Positions 19,928 through 31,115 of a DNA stretch of 64,000 nucleotides are shown here, one piece after another (the stretch's first letter is position 1; the number at the start of each line of letters is the position of its first letter). The position numbers and the translations under genes were made by a program. The stretch spans positions 1 through 64,000 of the forward strand of contig CBDATQ010000003.1 in assembly GCA_965199955.1 (NCBI GenBank). Reading direction: 5' to 3'. Origin of the DNA: Spirochaetia bacterium. Lineage in GTDB: Bacteria > Spirochaetota > Spirochaetia > SZUA-6 > Bin103. Under the pieces are notes generated by a model. The model saw only the letters and a list, made by a program, of their open reading frames with translations. It was not told where the DNA came from and did no database searches.

Positions 19928-20686
19928 ATGGAACTGCGCAAGAACCGCATCAAGCACCGGCTCGCCGCCGGTGAGGTGGCCACCGTGGTGTCCGGCATCA
20001 CCCATCCCGACGACATCGACACGTTCGGGGCGATCGCGGAGGCGACCGGGGTCGACGGGATCTGGCTGGAAGGAGAGCACGGGCCGGTCGACGCCGCCGA
20101 GCTTGGCAACCTCACCCGCGCCTGCGACATCTGGGGCCTGACCTCCGTGGTGCGCGTCAACGACAACCACCAGGGGCTGATCTACCGCACCCTGGACCGT
20201 GGCGCCCAGGCGGTCGTGGTCCCGCACGTGAACACCCGCGCCGAGGCCGAGAACGTCGTGCAGGGCGGCAAGTTCGCGCCGGTCGGCGCCCGCGGGCTGT
20301 ACGGCAGCCGGCAGTACCACGGAGTGGCCGACTACACCGCGCGCGGCAACGAGGAGACCTGCCTGATCGTCCTGATCGAGGACATCGTCGCCCACGGCAA
20401 CCTGGACGAGATCCTGGAGGTCGACCACATCGACGTGTTCTTCGTGGCGCCCTCGGACTTCGCCTCCTCAATGGGCCACATCGGCAATCACGGGCACCCC
20501 GACGTTCAGGCGAAGATCGACGACTCCCTCCGCCGCATCGTGGCGGCGGGGCGCACCGCCGGCACCCTGACCTCCACCGCGGACGTCGCCTCCTACATCG
20601 ACCAGGGGGTCCGCTTCGTGCTGACCGGCGTCGGCGGCTGGATGCAGGCGGGAGCCGCGGAGTACATGAGCCGCGTGCGCGGCTGA
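19928..20686 (+). CDS. HpcH/HpaI aldolase family protein
   Basis: EGEHGP, LDRGAQ..VPHV, LIED and PSD. Confidence 0.88.
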   Translation: MELRKNRIKHRLAAGEVATVVSGITHPDDIDTFGAIAEATGVDGIWLEGEHGPVDAAELGNLTRACDIWGLTSVVRVNDNHQGLIYRTLDRGAQAVVVPHVNTRAEAENVVQGGKFAPVGARGLYGSRQYHGVADYTARGNEETCLIVLIEDIVAHGNLDEILEVDHIDVFFVAPSDFASSMGHIGNHGHPDVQAKIDDSLRRIVAAGRTAGTLTSTADVASYIDQGVRFVLTGVGGWMQAGAAEYMSRVRG

Positions 20687-20689
20687 CGG

Positions 20690-21469
20690 TCAGCGCCGGA
20701 CGGCGCGGAAGCGCAGCCGCACGTAGTCGATCGTCCAGACGCCGTCGGCTCCGCGCAACGCGGGAGCGGCGGCGGTTGAGACCTCCTCCTCGACCTGCTG
20801 CCGCGCCTGCTGGTCCAGCGGATCCAGGAACGCCGCCGCGAAGGTGTGCATCCACTCGGTGAGCGTGCCCGGCACCGGCGTGGGGCGCGGGAACAGCCGG
20901 ATGCCGGTGACCTCGAACCCGTGTGCCTCCAGGAGGCGCCGGTACTCACCGTCCGCGGGGAAGTACCAGGGATCGAGGGCGACCGCGTCGATGCCGCGGC
21001 GGCGCAGGGCTTCGTGGAAAGCGTCCCGGACCGCGGCGATGTTGCCGGCTCCGCCGAACTCGGCCACGAACCGTCCGCCGGGGCGGAGCAGGCGCCGGAC
21101 GCCGGCGATGACCGCCGCCGCCTCCGGTATCCAGTGCAGCACGGCGTTGGAGAACACCGCGTCGAAGCTCCCCGCCGCCAGCTCCGGTCCGGCCAGGTGG
21201 CGCGCGTCGGCCTCCTGCGCGGACAGCCCACGCTGCCGCGCCGCCGCGACGAACTCGGCGCTGCGGTCGACGCCCAACACCCGGCAGCCGCGGGCGGCGA
21301 GCTGCTCGGTGAGCTCCCCGTCGCCGCAGCCCAGGTCGAGCACCCGTTCGCCGGGGCGCGGATCGAGCAGATCGAGCACGCCTCTGCCCAGCTCGGGGAC
21401 GTAGGGAGCCCAGCGGCGGTAGCGTTCAGGGTCCCAGCGCTGCTCGCCGGCGGTCGCGTTCTGATCCAC
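20690..21469 (-). CDS. Class I SAM-dependent methyltransferase
   Basis: VLDLGCGDG, FDAVFSNAVLHW and DYVRLR. Confidence 0.88.
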   Translation of the reverse strand: MDQNATAGEQRWDPERYRRWAPYVPELGRGVLDLLDPRPGERVLDLGCGDGELTEQLAARGCRVLGVDRSAEFVAAARQRGLSAQEADARHLAGPELAAGSFDAVFSNAVLHWIPEAAAVIAGVRRLLRPGGRFVAEFGGAGNIAAVRDAFHEALRRRGIDAVALDPWYFPADGEYRRLLEAHGFEVTGIRLFPRPTPVPGTLTEWMHTFAAAFLDPLDQQARQQVEEEVSTAAAPALRGADGVWTIDYVRLRFRAVRR

Positions 21470-21507
21470 GTTGGCGCCTCGGTCCTCGCGTGCAAGCATA
21501 CCGGCTC

Positions 21508-22005
21508 ATGGACACCGGGACCGAATTCCTTCGCCTCGTCGCCGCCGAGTTCGCCAAGGCGCGCGAGTACGCCGAGCGGGCGGTCGCGCAGATGCCGGCC
21601 GGGGACCTGGCATGGCGGCCCGACGAGCGCGGCAACAGCGTCTCCATGCTCATGCGCCACCTGGGCGGCAACCTGCGCTCCCGCTTCACGGACTTCCTCA
21701 CCACCGACGGGGAGAAGCCGGACCGCGCCCGCGACTCCGAGTTCCGCAACGACGTGACCGACCGGGCGGTGGTGACCGCCAGGTGGCAGGCCGGCTGGGT
21801 GTGCCTGGAACGCACGCTGGCGGATCTGGGTCCCGCCGATCTGCACCGGACGATCACGATCCGCGGCGAGCCGCACACCGTGCTGCAGGCGCTGCTGCGC
21901 GCGGTGACCCACGCCAACTACCACGTCGGCCAGATCGTCGACCTGGCGCGCACGCGCGCGGCCGACTGGCAGACGCTGAGCATGCCGCGCCCGCCGGGCG
22001 AGTAG
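21508..22005 (+). CDS. DUF1572/DinB-like protein
   Basis: NS....HL.GNL.SRFTDFLTTDGEKP and YHVGQI. Confidence 0.85.
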   Translation: MDTGTEFLRLVAAEFAKAREYAERAVAQMPAGDLAWRPDERGNSVSMLMRHLGGNLRSRFTDFLTTDGEKPDRARDSEFRNDVTDRAVVTARWQAGWVCLERTLADLGPADLHRTITIRGEPHTVLQALLRAVTHANYHVGQIVDLARTRAADWQTLSMPRPPGE

Positions 22006-22027
22006 CGCCCCGAAACCGCCGCCTTCC

Positions 22028-23335
22028 TCAGCCCTCGCGCATTCCCTCCGCGATCGGGACGCGCAGCGCGGAGAACACCGGCAGCACGCCGAACAGGCCG
22101 CCGACGCCGATCGCCGAGCCCACGCCGATCGCGATCGCGGCCAGACTGATCACGCTGCCGCCCAGCTCCGCCTGCGTGGTGCCGCGGAAGATCGGCACCA
22201 CCAGCTCGGCGAGCGGGCCCGACAGCAGCAGGCTCAGCGCCATGCCGATCAGCGCCGCCGCGCTCACCATGATCAGCGAGCGGGCGAAGAACTCGCGCGC
22301 GATCACGCCGCGCGATGCGCCCACGGCACGTTCCACGGCGATCTCGCGCGTGCGGCCGAGCACCTCCACCAGCATGATGCTGAGGATGCCGATGCAGCCG
22401 GTCACCAGCAGTACGAAGCCGAGCAGGTTCACCACCAGCGAGAAGGTGGCCACCGTGGCACGCGCCTCTTCGAGGGCGGCGGTGCCGCCGTCCGGGCGCC
22501 CTTCCCACACCTCGGCCTTCACGTCGTCGCCGTACTGCTGGGCAAGCGCCTCGCGCGCCTGGCTCTCGATGGTCGCCAGACCACTCCCTTGCACGCGCAG
22601 CGAGATCCGGGAGTTCAGGAACCGCTCCAGCATGGCCGAGTTGACATTGCTCGGAAACGCAGAGGTCGACGGGACGATCATGTCGCCCACCCCGTACGCG
22701 CGCCGCTGGATCTCGCTCGGGTCGCCGAAGACCCCCCGCACCGTGTAGGTGGGCGGCGTGAAGCGCCGGCGCTGGCCGGCCTGTCCCTGTCCCTGCGTCG
22801 CCGCCGGCGGCCGGATGACCTGACCAAGCGCATCCACCGGCGAGCCGAACAGCACCTCGGCCATGGTTTCCGAAACCATCGCCTCGCGAACCCCCTGCGC
22901 GACGTCTTCCGCCGTGAAGGAGGAGCCGGCGACCACCTCCAGGCCCATCACGTCGAGGTAGTCCTCGTTCACGCCGACGACGCTGCGGAACCGGTACTGC
23001 TTGCCGCCGACCAGGAACTCCGTCCACGGGACGAACGCGACGGGGCTGGCCGACGCGGCTCCGGAGACGCCGGTGCGCAGCGCGTCGATCACGTTGGCGT
23101 CGAACTGCGGAGGCCGTATCGCCTGCAGCTCGCCGTCCTCGTCGATCTCGACGTTGGCGACCATCACCACCAAGCCTTCCTTTTCGAGCTGCTCGGACAC
23201 CAGCCGGCTGAACGCGCCGCTGATCGACAGCGCGAAGATCAGCACGCCGACGCCCAGGCCGACCGTGGACAGCGTCACGATCGACTTGACCGGCGAACGC
23301 GTCAGGCTGGTCAGTACGGAGCGGATGGTACGCAT
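22028..23335 (-). CDS. MacB/FtsX-type ABC permease
   Basis: N-terminal TM, periplasmic domain, RTREIAVERAVGA and C-terminal TMs. Confidence 0.88.
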   Translation of the reverse strand: MRTIRSVLTSLTRSPVKSIVTLSTVGLGVGVLIFALSISGAFSRLVSEQLEKEGLVVMVANVEIDEDGELQAIRPPQFDANVIDALRTGVSGAASASPVAFVPWTEFLVGGKQYRFRSVVGVNEDYLDVMGLEVVAGSSFTAEDVAQGVREAMVSETMAEVLFGSPVDALGQVIRPPAATQGQGQAGQRRRFTPPTYTVRGVFGDPSEIQRRAYGVGDMIVPSTSAFPSNVNSAMLERFLNSRISLRVQGSGLATIESQAREALAQQYGDDVKAEVWEGRPDGGTAALEEARATVATFSLVVNLLGFVLLVTGCIGILSIMLVEVLGRTREIAVERAVGASRGVIAREFFARSLIMVSAAALIGMALSLLLSGPLAELVVPIFRGTTQAELGGSVISLAAIAIGVGSAIGVGGLFGVLPVFSALRVPIAEGMREG

Positions 23336-23357
23336 GACTCCTCCTCGACTCCTTAAC

Positions 23358-24943
23358 CTACTCGTAGCGGATCGCTTCGGCGGCAGGCACCCGCGCCGCC
23401 GCCGACGCCGGCACCACGTTGAAGACCGCGACGATCCCCCACGACACCAGCACGCCGACGACGATCAGGCCGATCTGCAGCGCTCCGAAGCCGATGGTCT
23501 CTTCCATCAGGCGCGACAACAGCGCCGACAGCCCCAGCCCGACGGCCGCGCCGACGGCACCGATCGCCAGCGCCTCCAGGAAGAAGACGGTGAAGACCTG
23601 GCGGATGCTCGCTCCGACCGCCTTGAGGATGCCCACCGTGCGCCGTTTGCGGACGGCGCGGCTGAAGAAGATGTTGGTGACGTTGACCGCCGCGATCAGC
23701 AGCGCCGACAGCGCCAGGAACAGGATGACCGTGGCCAGCCGGCCGTTGCGGTCGGCGGTCGCCTCCGCCTCCTCCCGCGGGACGCTGATCGCCACCGCGC
23801 CCACGCCGTGCGCGGAGTCGAACCAGTTGGCGAGCTGCGCACGCGCCTCCTCCAACTGGTCGGGATCGTCGACCATGAACCGCAGGTTGGTGCGCAGAGC
23901 CTGGAAGCGGCCGCGGAACCCCTGGAACTGCTCCGCGGCGATGACCGCGGGCGCGAAGGCCAGGCTGTCCACCTCGGTGCCGCTGGGCTCCAGCACGCCG
24001 ATGATGCGATAGAGCTGGTTGCGCGAGAGGACCTGGCGGCCCACCGACTCGCCGTCTTCGAACAGCGTGGCGCCCAGCGTGGAGCCGAGCACGAGCAGCG
24101 GCTCGCCCCGGTCCAGGTCGGCCGCCTGGAACACGTCGCCCTCGGCTGCCGCCAGGCCCCAGGCCTTGAAGAACTCGGGGGTGACCTCCCAGCCTTCCAC
24201 GAACTCGATCTGGGGTTGCGGTCCCTCGGGCGGCGCAACGGGCTGCCAGGCCGGACTCGCTGCGGTGCCGGCGTCGGCCTGTTGACCCTGGGCTTGCTGA
24301 CCCTGAGCTTGTTGACCCTGGCCCGCTTGCGCCTGCTGCCCCTGTCCGGGCTGTCGCTGGAGCTGGCCGCGCTGCGCGGCCTGACCGCCTTGGGCCTGGC
24401 CACCCTGGCGCTGGAACTGGCCGCCCTGACCCTGCTGAGCTGCCTGACCGCCCTGTCCGCGCTGAAACTGACCACCCGCGGCCTGGTTGCCCTGTCCGGC
24501 CTGGCTCTGTTGCCCGGGGTCCGTACCCTGCGTCTGCGTACCCTGGCCTTGCGCTCCCTGGCCCTGGTTCTGCCCTCCGCCACGCTGGCCGAAGCCGCTG
24601 TCTCCGAACCAGAAGCCGGTCCGGTTGGCCAGATAGGCGTATTGGATCGCCTGCGTCACCGAGCGGGCCTCCAGGTCGGCGGCGGTCAGGATGCTCACCT
24701 CCGTCGAGGTCTGCACCTGCGCGGGCAGGTCCATCTCATCTGCGTCCTCGCGGGCGGCGACGACGATCTCCCGGTAGCGCGGCGACGACAGCAGTTCGTT
24801 CGATTGCTCGGAGGTGCGTCCGGCCAGCGCGATGCCGGCGGCGGTCGCGCCCACCGCCAGCGCCACGCCCAGCGACAGCAGCAGCGATTCCGCCGGCCGG
24901 CCTATGACCGAGCGTACGCTCATGCGCAGGTCTTCGCGGTAAT

Positions 24944-24947
<4 letters not shown>
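23358..24947 (-). CDS. MacB/FtsX-type ABC permease with Gln/Gly-rich insertion
   Basis: GILKAVGAS and PAAEAIRYE; ATGA overlap with the ATPase stop. Confidence 0.88.
24270..24600 (-). repeat. Low-complexity Q/G coding repeats
   Basis: About 110 codons almost entirely Q, G and A, with recurring GQ(F/L)QR and QGQQA units. Confidence 0.85.
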
Positions 24948-25620
<673 letters not shown>

Positions 25621-25624
<4 letters not shown>

Positions 25625-26928
25625 GCGTCGCTCCCTTCCAGCACGACGATGTCATGCTCGATGAAATTCTGGTAGCCGCTCACGATGATCAGGTCGCCGG
25701 CCTGCACGCCGGTCAGCACCTCCACCAGGTTGCCTTCCACCTGACCGAAGGTGACGGCGATCTTGGCGGCGCGCTCCCCCTCGATCCGGTACAGGTAGCG
25801 CTGGCTGCCGGTGGTCAGGTACGGGCCGCGCGGCAGCAGCAGCGCGGCCTCGGTCACGCCGACTTCCAGCACGCCCACGGCGGTGGCGCCCGACAGCAAT
25901 GGCCCCGCTTCGGGATCGGGCTGCACGCGCACCAGCACCGTGGCGCCCAGGCCGTCCGGGGATTGCTGCGCCACCCGGCCGACGGAGGTCACCCACCCCG
26001 TCAGCCCGACCGCGCCGATGCTCAGCTCCACCGGCTGGCCGAGCTGCAGAGCTCCCGCGTACTGCTCCAGCACCTCCAGCTCGATCACCGCGCTGTCCGG
26101 GTCGGCGATCGTGAACAACTCCTGGTTGTCGCTGACGGCGCTGCCGGTGATGCCGAGCGCCGCTTCCACGCTCAGCACCTCTCCGCTCATGGGAGCGGTG
26201 ACCGCCATCGAAGCGATCTTGTCCTGCTGGCGGCGGATCTCGACCTGCAACGCGTCGATCGACGCAAGCGATACCTGGTCCTCCAGCACCGCGATCTCCC
26301 GGTCCTCGGCGAGTTGCAGGACCTGTTCGTCGCGGTTGTCGATCAGCCCCTGCAGGGTGCGCTCCGCGGCCTCCAGGTCGCTCGGCGGTGACACTTCGGC
26401 GGCGACCATCGACTTCACCTCGTCCCGCTCTTCGGTCGCCTCTTCGATCTCCTGCCCCAGGTCGTCGATCTGGCGCTGCTTGCGCTCCAGGGCGATGCGG
26501 CTCTGCAGCCGCTGCTTGGTCAGCGACCGTTCCGCGTCGGCCAGATCGGCGCGCAGGTCCTCCAGCGCTTCCACCAGATCGGTGGCGGCGAGCTCCGCCA
26601 GGAGCTGGCCCGGCTCCACGCGGTCGCCCTCCTGTACGTACAGCGCCGCCGCCGATCCCGCCTCCGGGCTCAGCAGCGTCATCTGCACCGGGAAGACCAC
26701 CGTGCCACTGGCCTGCGTGGTCTGCACCAGGCGGCCACGGGTCACCTCCTCCACGTTGTAGGAGCGTAACGTGTACAGCTCCTGCCGCGGTCCGAGCACC
26801 AGGTAGGCCGCGACCGCGAGCCCCACCACCAGAGCAGCGACAAGCAGCACCAGGCGCCACTGCCGCCGCTGGCCGGGCGGACGGTACGCCTTGACCTTGC
26901 CGGTATCCACGATCTTGCTCTCAGACAT
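25621..26928 (-). CDS. Efflux periplasmic adaptor (MacA/HlyD-like)
   Basis: N-terminal TM, VQEGDRV..GQLL, coiled coil and APMSGEV. Confidence 0.88.
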
Positions 26929-26983
26929 AGCCCATCCGCGACAGTATGGTCCGCCACGGCCGTAAACATCCGGGCAATCCCAT

Positions 26984-28189
26984 CTAAACGGCTCCGGAAC
27001 CACGCGTTCGCGCGGCCAGCTCGTCCCTGATGCCGGTGGACGAACGCTCCAGGCAGAACCGGTCGGCCGGCAACTCGAAGAACAGCGGGCGCAGCGCATC
27101 CGGCACGCGCAGCCGGCCGAGGGTCAGCAGCCCGGACGGAAGCGGGCGGGCGGCCACCAGGAAACGGCAGCCGGCCGCTCCGATGGCCGCCACCGCATCC
27201 ATCATCTGCCGCTCGCCCCCGTAGAAGCGCGGCTGCAGCACCCTCTCGGCCGTATCGGCCCCGACCACGAACACCGCGCCCGGGAACAGCGCGGCCTTGT
27301 CCGTGTAGAGCGCCGCGCGGGTCAGCCACAGCTCCGCGCGTCCCAGGAACTGTGCCGCGCGGCGGTGCGCCTCGCCCGCGTCGAGCGGCGACTTGTCGGC
27401 GTTCTCCACCGGCAGCTCGTACGACACCGGCAGCCGCAGGAACGCCGCCGCCGCCGCCGCCAGCCTGCGGTGGCCGTCGTGCACGGGATTGAAGGCCCCG
27501 GACAGGAGCGCCCCGACCCGCGACCGCCGGGCCCCCGGCGGATCGGGCAGCACGCTGCCGTCCGTTTCCCGGCACACCGCCAAAGCACCCGTGCCGAGGA
27601 GCGCCGCCAACTCCGAGCCGGCGTCGACGGAGACCTGCAGCGGCTCCGGCTCCGGCCACGGCGGCACGGCCGCCGGATCGACGCCGGCGGCCGCCGCCAG
27701 CGCCAACAGCAACAGGCGGCCGGCGACGGCCTCCTCCTGCGCGCGGGTCCGCGCCCCCTTGGTGAGCCGGACCGTCACGCGCCGCGACCCCAGGCCGTCC
27801 CGTGTCGCGACATGACACACGTGCGCGCCGCGCCGCGCGCGGCCGGTCACCATCGCGGTGGTGCAGCCCAGGCCCACCACCGCCGCGCCCGTGCCGGCCA
27901 GCTCCCGCGCGCGGTCGCACGCCGCCGCCGCCAGCTCGTGCGCCACCGCCGGATCGGTGGCGCGGGCCGGCCTGGCTCGCAGGGCCGTGGCCAGAGAATC
28001 GCGATGGTAGCGGTCGTGCGCTTCCAGCACCGTCGCGGATGACCCGCCCACCGCGTGCAGCCACGCCAGGCCCTGCGTGCCGCCGGCCAGCTCCAGGACG
28101 GCCGCCACGGGCGCGGCGTGCACGGCGCAGACCAGATTCGCCCACGCCGCGGGTCCGTACCCCGCTCCGTCATGCGGATGGGCCGACAT
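26984..28189 (-). CDS. HxGH nucleotidyltransferase with CinA-C-like N-terminal domain
   Basis: GGSSATVLEA and TDPAVAHELA; GAFNPVHDGH, NADK, VVGADT and SSTGIR. Confidence 0.7.
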   Translation of the reverse strand: MSAHPHDGAGYGPAAWANLVCAVHAAPVAAVLELAGGTQGLAWLHAVGGSSATVLEAHDRYHRDSLATALRARPARATDPAVAHELAAAACDRARELAGTGAAVVGLGCTTAMVTGRARRGAHVCHVATRDGLGSRRVTVRLTKGARTRAQEEAVAGRLLLLALAAAAGVDPAAVPPWPEPEPLQVSVDAGSELAALLGTGALAVCRETDGSVLPDPPGARRSRVGALLSGAFNPVHDGHRRLAAAAAAFLRLPVSYELPVENADKSPLDAGEAHRRAAQFLGRAELWLTRAALYTDKAALFPGAVFVVGADTAERVLQPRFYGGERQMMDAVAAIGAAGCRFLVAARPLPSGLLTLGRLRVPDALRPLFFELPADRFCLERSSTGIRDELAARTRGSGAV

Positions 28190-28208
28190 CTGCTACCCTC
28201 ACCGCTGC

Positions 28209-29036
28209 ATGGCGCGCACCACCACCGTCCTGTTCATCGCCGACCTCGTCGGCAAGCCGGGCGTCTTCTGCGTCAAGAGCCTGTTGGGCAACCTGCGGCG
28301 CACCCACCAGGTGGACCTGACGATCGCCAACTGCGACGGCGCGACCGGCGGCTTCGGGCTGGGCAAGCGCCATGCGGCCTACCTGCACAAGCTGGGCGTG
28401 GACGTGATCACGTCCGGGGAGTGTATCTATTACAAGCGCGACATGGTGCCCTACCTGAAAGAGGTCCGCTACGTGCTGCGGCCGTTCAACTACCCGCGCC
28501 ACAATCCCGGCCACGGATGGACGACCGTAACCGCCCGCGGCGGTGCGCGCGTGACGGTGGCCTGCCTGCTCGGCCAGTCCGGCTACGACCGCGTGCATCC
28601 CGGCAACCCCTTCGCGGCGGCCGAGTGGCTGGCCACCGAGCGGCGCGCGGAGACACCGATCATGATCCTGGACTTCCACGCCTGCACCACCGCGGAGAAG
28701 CGCAACATGTGCGTGTGGATGGACGGCAAGGTGAGCGCGGTCTTCGGCACGCACGTGCGGGTCCAGTCGGCGGACGAAGCGATCAGCGCGAAGGGCACCG
28801 CGACCCTCACCCACTGCGGGCGCACCGGCAGCATCGATTCCGTGGGCGGGCTGGACCCGGAGATCGAGATCCGCAAGTGGCGGACGGGGATCTACGAACG
28901 GTCGGCGGACACGTGGACCAACCTGCAGTTGCAGGGGGTGCTTGCCCGCTTCGATGATGACGGCCGTGCGGTGGCTCTGGAGCGCCTGCAGGTACGGTGT
29001 CCCACACCGGAAGCAACCGATGCGCACGCCGGCTGA
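28209..29036 (+). CDS. TIGR00282/YmdB-family metallophosphoesterase
   Basis: DLVGKPG, LRPFNYP, DFHA.TTAEK and GTH. Confidence 0.88.
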   Translation: MARTTTVLFIADLVGKPGVFCVKSLLGNLRRTHQVDLTIANCDGATGGFGLGKRHAAYLHKLGVDVITSGECIYYKRDMVPYLKEVRYVLRPFNYPRHNPGHGWTTVTARGGARVTVACLLGQSGYDRVHPGNPFAAAEWLATERRAETPIMILDFHACTTAEKRNMCVWMDGKVSAVFGTHVRVQSADEAISAKGTATLTHCGRTGSIDSVGGLDPEIEIRKWRTGIYERSADTWTNLQLQGVLARFDDDGRAVALERLQVRCPTPEATDAHAG

Positions 29037-29616
29037 CCGGCGTCGGCGCGGGTTCCGCGGCCGGCTCACGTCGCTTTCGGCATCGGCGGCGCTGGCATCG
29101 GCGCTGCTGGTGGCCGGCTGCTCCTTCGACTATCGATCCACCGAGCTCGACGAGGAACTGGCCGAGGAGGTGCCGAACACGGTGCTGAACGGCGTCGAGC
29201 ACACCGTGATGAGCGGCGACCGCGTGACGGCCGTCCTGCGCATCGATCGCGTGGAGAGCTACGACGAGCGCGACCTGCTGATACTCTCCGGCATTCACTT
29301 CACGGAGTTCGATGCCGATGGCCTCGTGATCACCGAAGCGTGGGCGGAGCGAGCCGAGTACCGCAGCGAGACCGGCGACGCCCGCGCCGAAGGGTCGGTG
29401 GTGGTGTCGTCGGACCGGGAGGACGCCCGCATCACTGCCACGGGACTGAACTGGAACGACGCCGAACGCATGTTGACCGGCGACGATGGCGCGGAGGTGG
29501 TGCTGGAATGGGGCGACGGATCCAGACTGGCCGGCTTCGATTTCGAGGCCGACGTCGCTCGCCGGATCGTCCGCTACCTCGGGCCGGTCTCCGGCAGCCT
29601 GGTGTTCGACCGATGA
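29020..29616 (+). CDS. lptC: LptC-like lipoprotein
   Basis: Lipobox AGC-SFDY, beta-rich body; precedes lptA and lptB. Confidence 0.7.
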   Translation: MRTPADRRRRGFRGRLTSLSASAALASALLVAGCSFDYRSTELDEELAEEVPNTVLNGVEHTVMSGDRVTAVLRIDRVESYDERDLLILSGIHFTEFDADGLVITEAWAERAEYRSETGDARAEGSVVVSSDREDARITATGLNWNDAERMLTGDDGAEVVLEWGDGSRLAGFDFEADVARRIVRYLGPVSGSLVFDR

Positions 29617-30314
29617 GGCGGCCCCGCCGGCCGGCCACCGTCCGCCTGGCTTCCGCGGCGCTGCTCGCGGGCGCGGTCCTGTTGGCGTCCGCAGCCCTGC
29701 TGACGTCCGCCCCGGCGTTCGCCCAGGACGAGTCCGCCGAGGAGGCAGAGAAGACGACGGTCACGATCAAGGCGCTCGACAGCATGGAGACGGTCGGCGC
29801 CAAGGGCCGGGAACGCACGGTGCTCACCGGCGCGGTCGAGATCGTCGTGAACGACACGACCATCATCCGCGCCGAGCGCATCGAGCTGTTCGGAGAGGAG
29901 GCCGGCATCATCCTGTGCCAGGGCGCGGTGCGGGTGATCGAAGAGGACGAGAACATCGAGATCGGCAGCGAGCACCTGCTGTTCGACCGCGGACGGTCGG
30001 TGCTGCGCATCCAGGGCAGCGCGCTCCTGATCGACCGCGACAACGAGGTGGTGGTGAAGGGCGGCTTCATGGAGTATCACCAGGACACGGGCGAAGCGAC
30101 CGTGCAGATCGGGGTGCGCATCCTCAAGCCCGACCTGGTGTCCCGGTCGGAGTTCGCGCGCTACCGGCGCGACGAGAACACCGTCGACCTGTCCGGCATG
30201 CCCGTGGTGACCTACCAGGGCGACGAGTACCGGGCGATGCGAATCTTCATCGACCTGGACCGGGAAACGGTTCGGATGGAAGGGGAGATTCAGGGCACCA
30301 TAACGGTGTCGTGA
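29613..30314 (+). CDS. lptA: LptA/OstA-family protein
   Basis: Signal peptide, LTGAVEI, IRAERIEL and LSG.PVV; context. Confidence 0.72.
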   Translation: MRRPRRPATVRLASAALLAGAVLLASAALLTSAPAFAQDESAEEAEKTTVTIKALDSMETVGAKGRERTVLTGAVEIVVNDTTIIRAERIELFGEEAGIILCQGAVRVIEEDENIEIGSEHLLFDRGRSVLRIQGSALLIDRDNEVVVKGGFMEYHQDTGEATVQIGVRILKPDLVSRSEFARYRRDENTVDLSGMPVVTYQGDEYRAMRIFIDLDRETVRMEGEIQGTITVS

Positions 30315-31063
30315 GCGACCGCCCCGAGACGAACGGTCGCGCGGCGACGCTTGCCGTCAGCGGTCTCCGCAAGCGGTTCGGACGCAAGGTTGCGGTGGAC
30401 GGAATCTCATTTCGCATGGCCGTGAGCGAGGTGGTCGGCCTGCTCGGCCCCAACGGCGCCGGCAAGACGACCGCGTTCTTCATGATCGCCGGCTTCATCG
30501 AGCCGTCGGAAGGCAGCATCCTGCTCGGGGACCGGGACATCACGCGTCTGCCCATGTACCGCCGTGCGCGCCTGGGCATCGCCTATCTGCCGCAGGAACC
30601 GTCCGTGTTCCGCAGGCTGACCGTCCGCCAGAACGTCCTGGCGGTGCTCGAGACCCGGCGGATGCCCCGCGGCCGGAGGCATGATCTCTGTGACGAGCTG
30701 CTCGCCGAGCTCGGCATCGAGGTGGTCGCCGACCAGAAGGCGCACACGCTCTCCGGCGGCGAGCGCCGGCGGACGGAGATCGCTCGCTCGCTCGCCAGCG
30801 ACCCCCGCTTCCTGCTGCTTGACGAACCGTTCGCGGGCATCGATCCCATCGCCGTCCACCATCTGAAGGAGGTGGTTCGGTCGCTTGCGGGCAAGGGCAT
30901 CGGCATCCTGCTCACCGATCACAACGTCCGCGACGCCCTGGAGATCACCGACCGCTCCTACATCATCGACGGCGGCCACATCATCGCCGAGGGCAGCCGC
31001 GAGGCGTTGCTGGCCGATCCGGCGGCCCGCAGCGCGTACCTGGGCGAAGAGTTCCGCATGTAG
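30311..31063 (+). CDS. lptB: LPS export ABC ATPase
   Basis: GPNGAGKTT, YLPQE.SVF, LSGGERRR, DEPFAGIDP, TDHNVR and YLGEEF. Confidence 0.95.
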   Translation: MSDRPETNGRAATLAVSGLRKRFGRKVAVDGISFRMAVSEVVGLLGPNGAGKTTAFFMIAGFIEPSEGSILLGDRDITRLPMYRRARLGIAYLPQEPSVFRRLTVRQNVLAVLETRRMPRGRRHDLCDELLAELGIEVVADQKAHTLSGGERRRTEIARSLASDPRFLLLDEPFAGIDPIAVHHLKEVVRSLAGKGIGILLTDHNVRDALEITDRSYIIDGGHIIAEGSREALLADPAARSAYLGEEFRM

Positions 31064-31115
31064 CTTGCCGCTCACGCGGCAAACCCGCCAGACTCCCTGA
31101 TGGGCGACAGTCACC

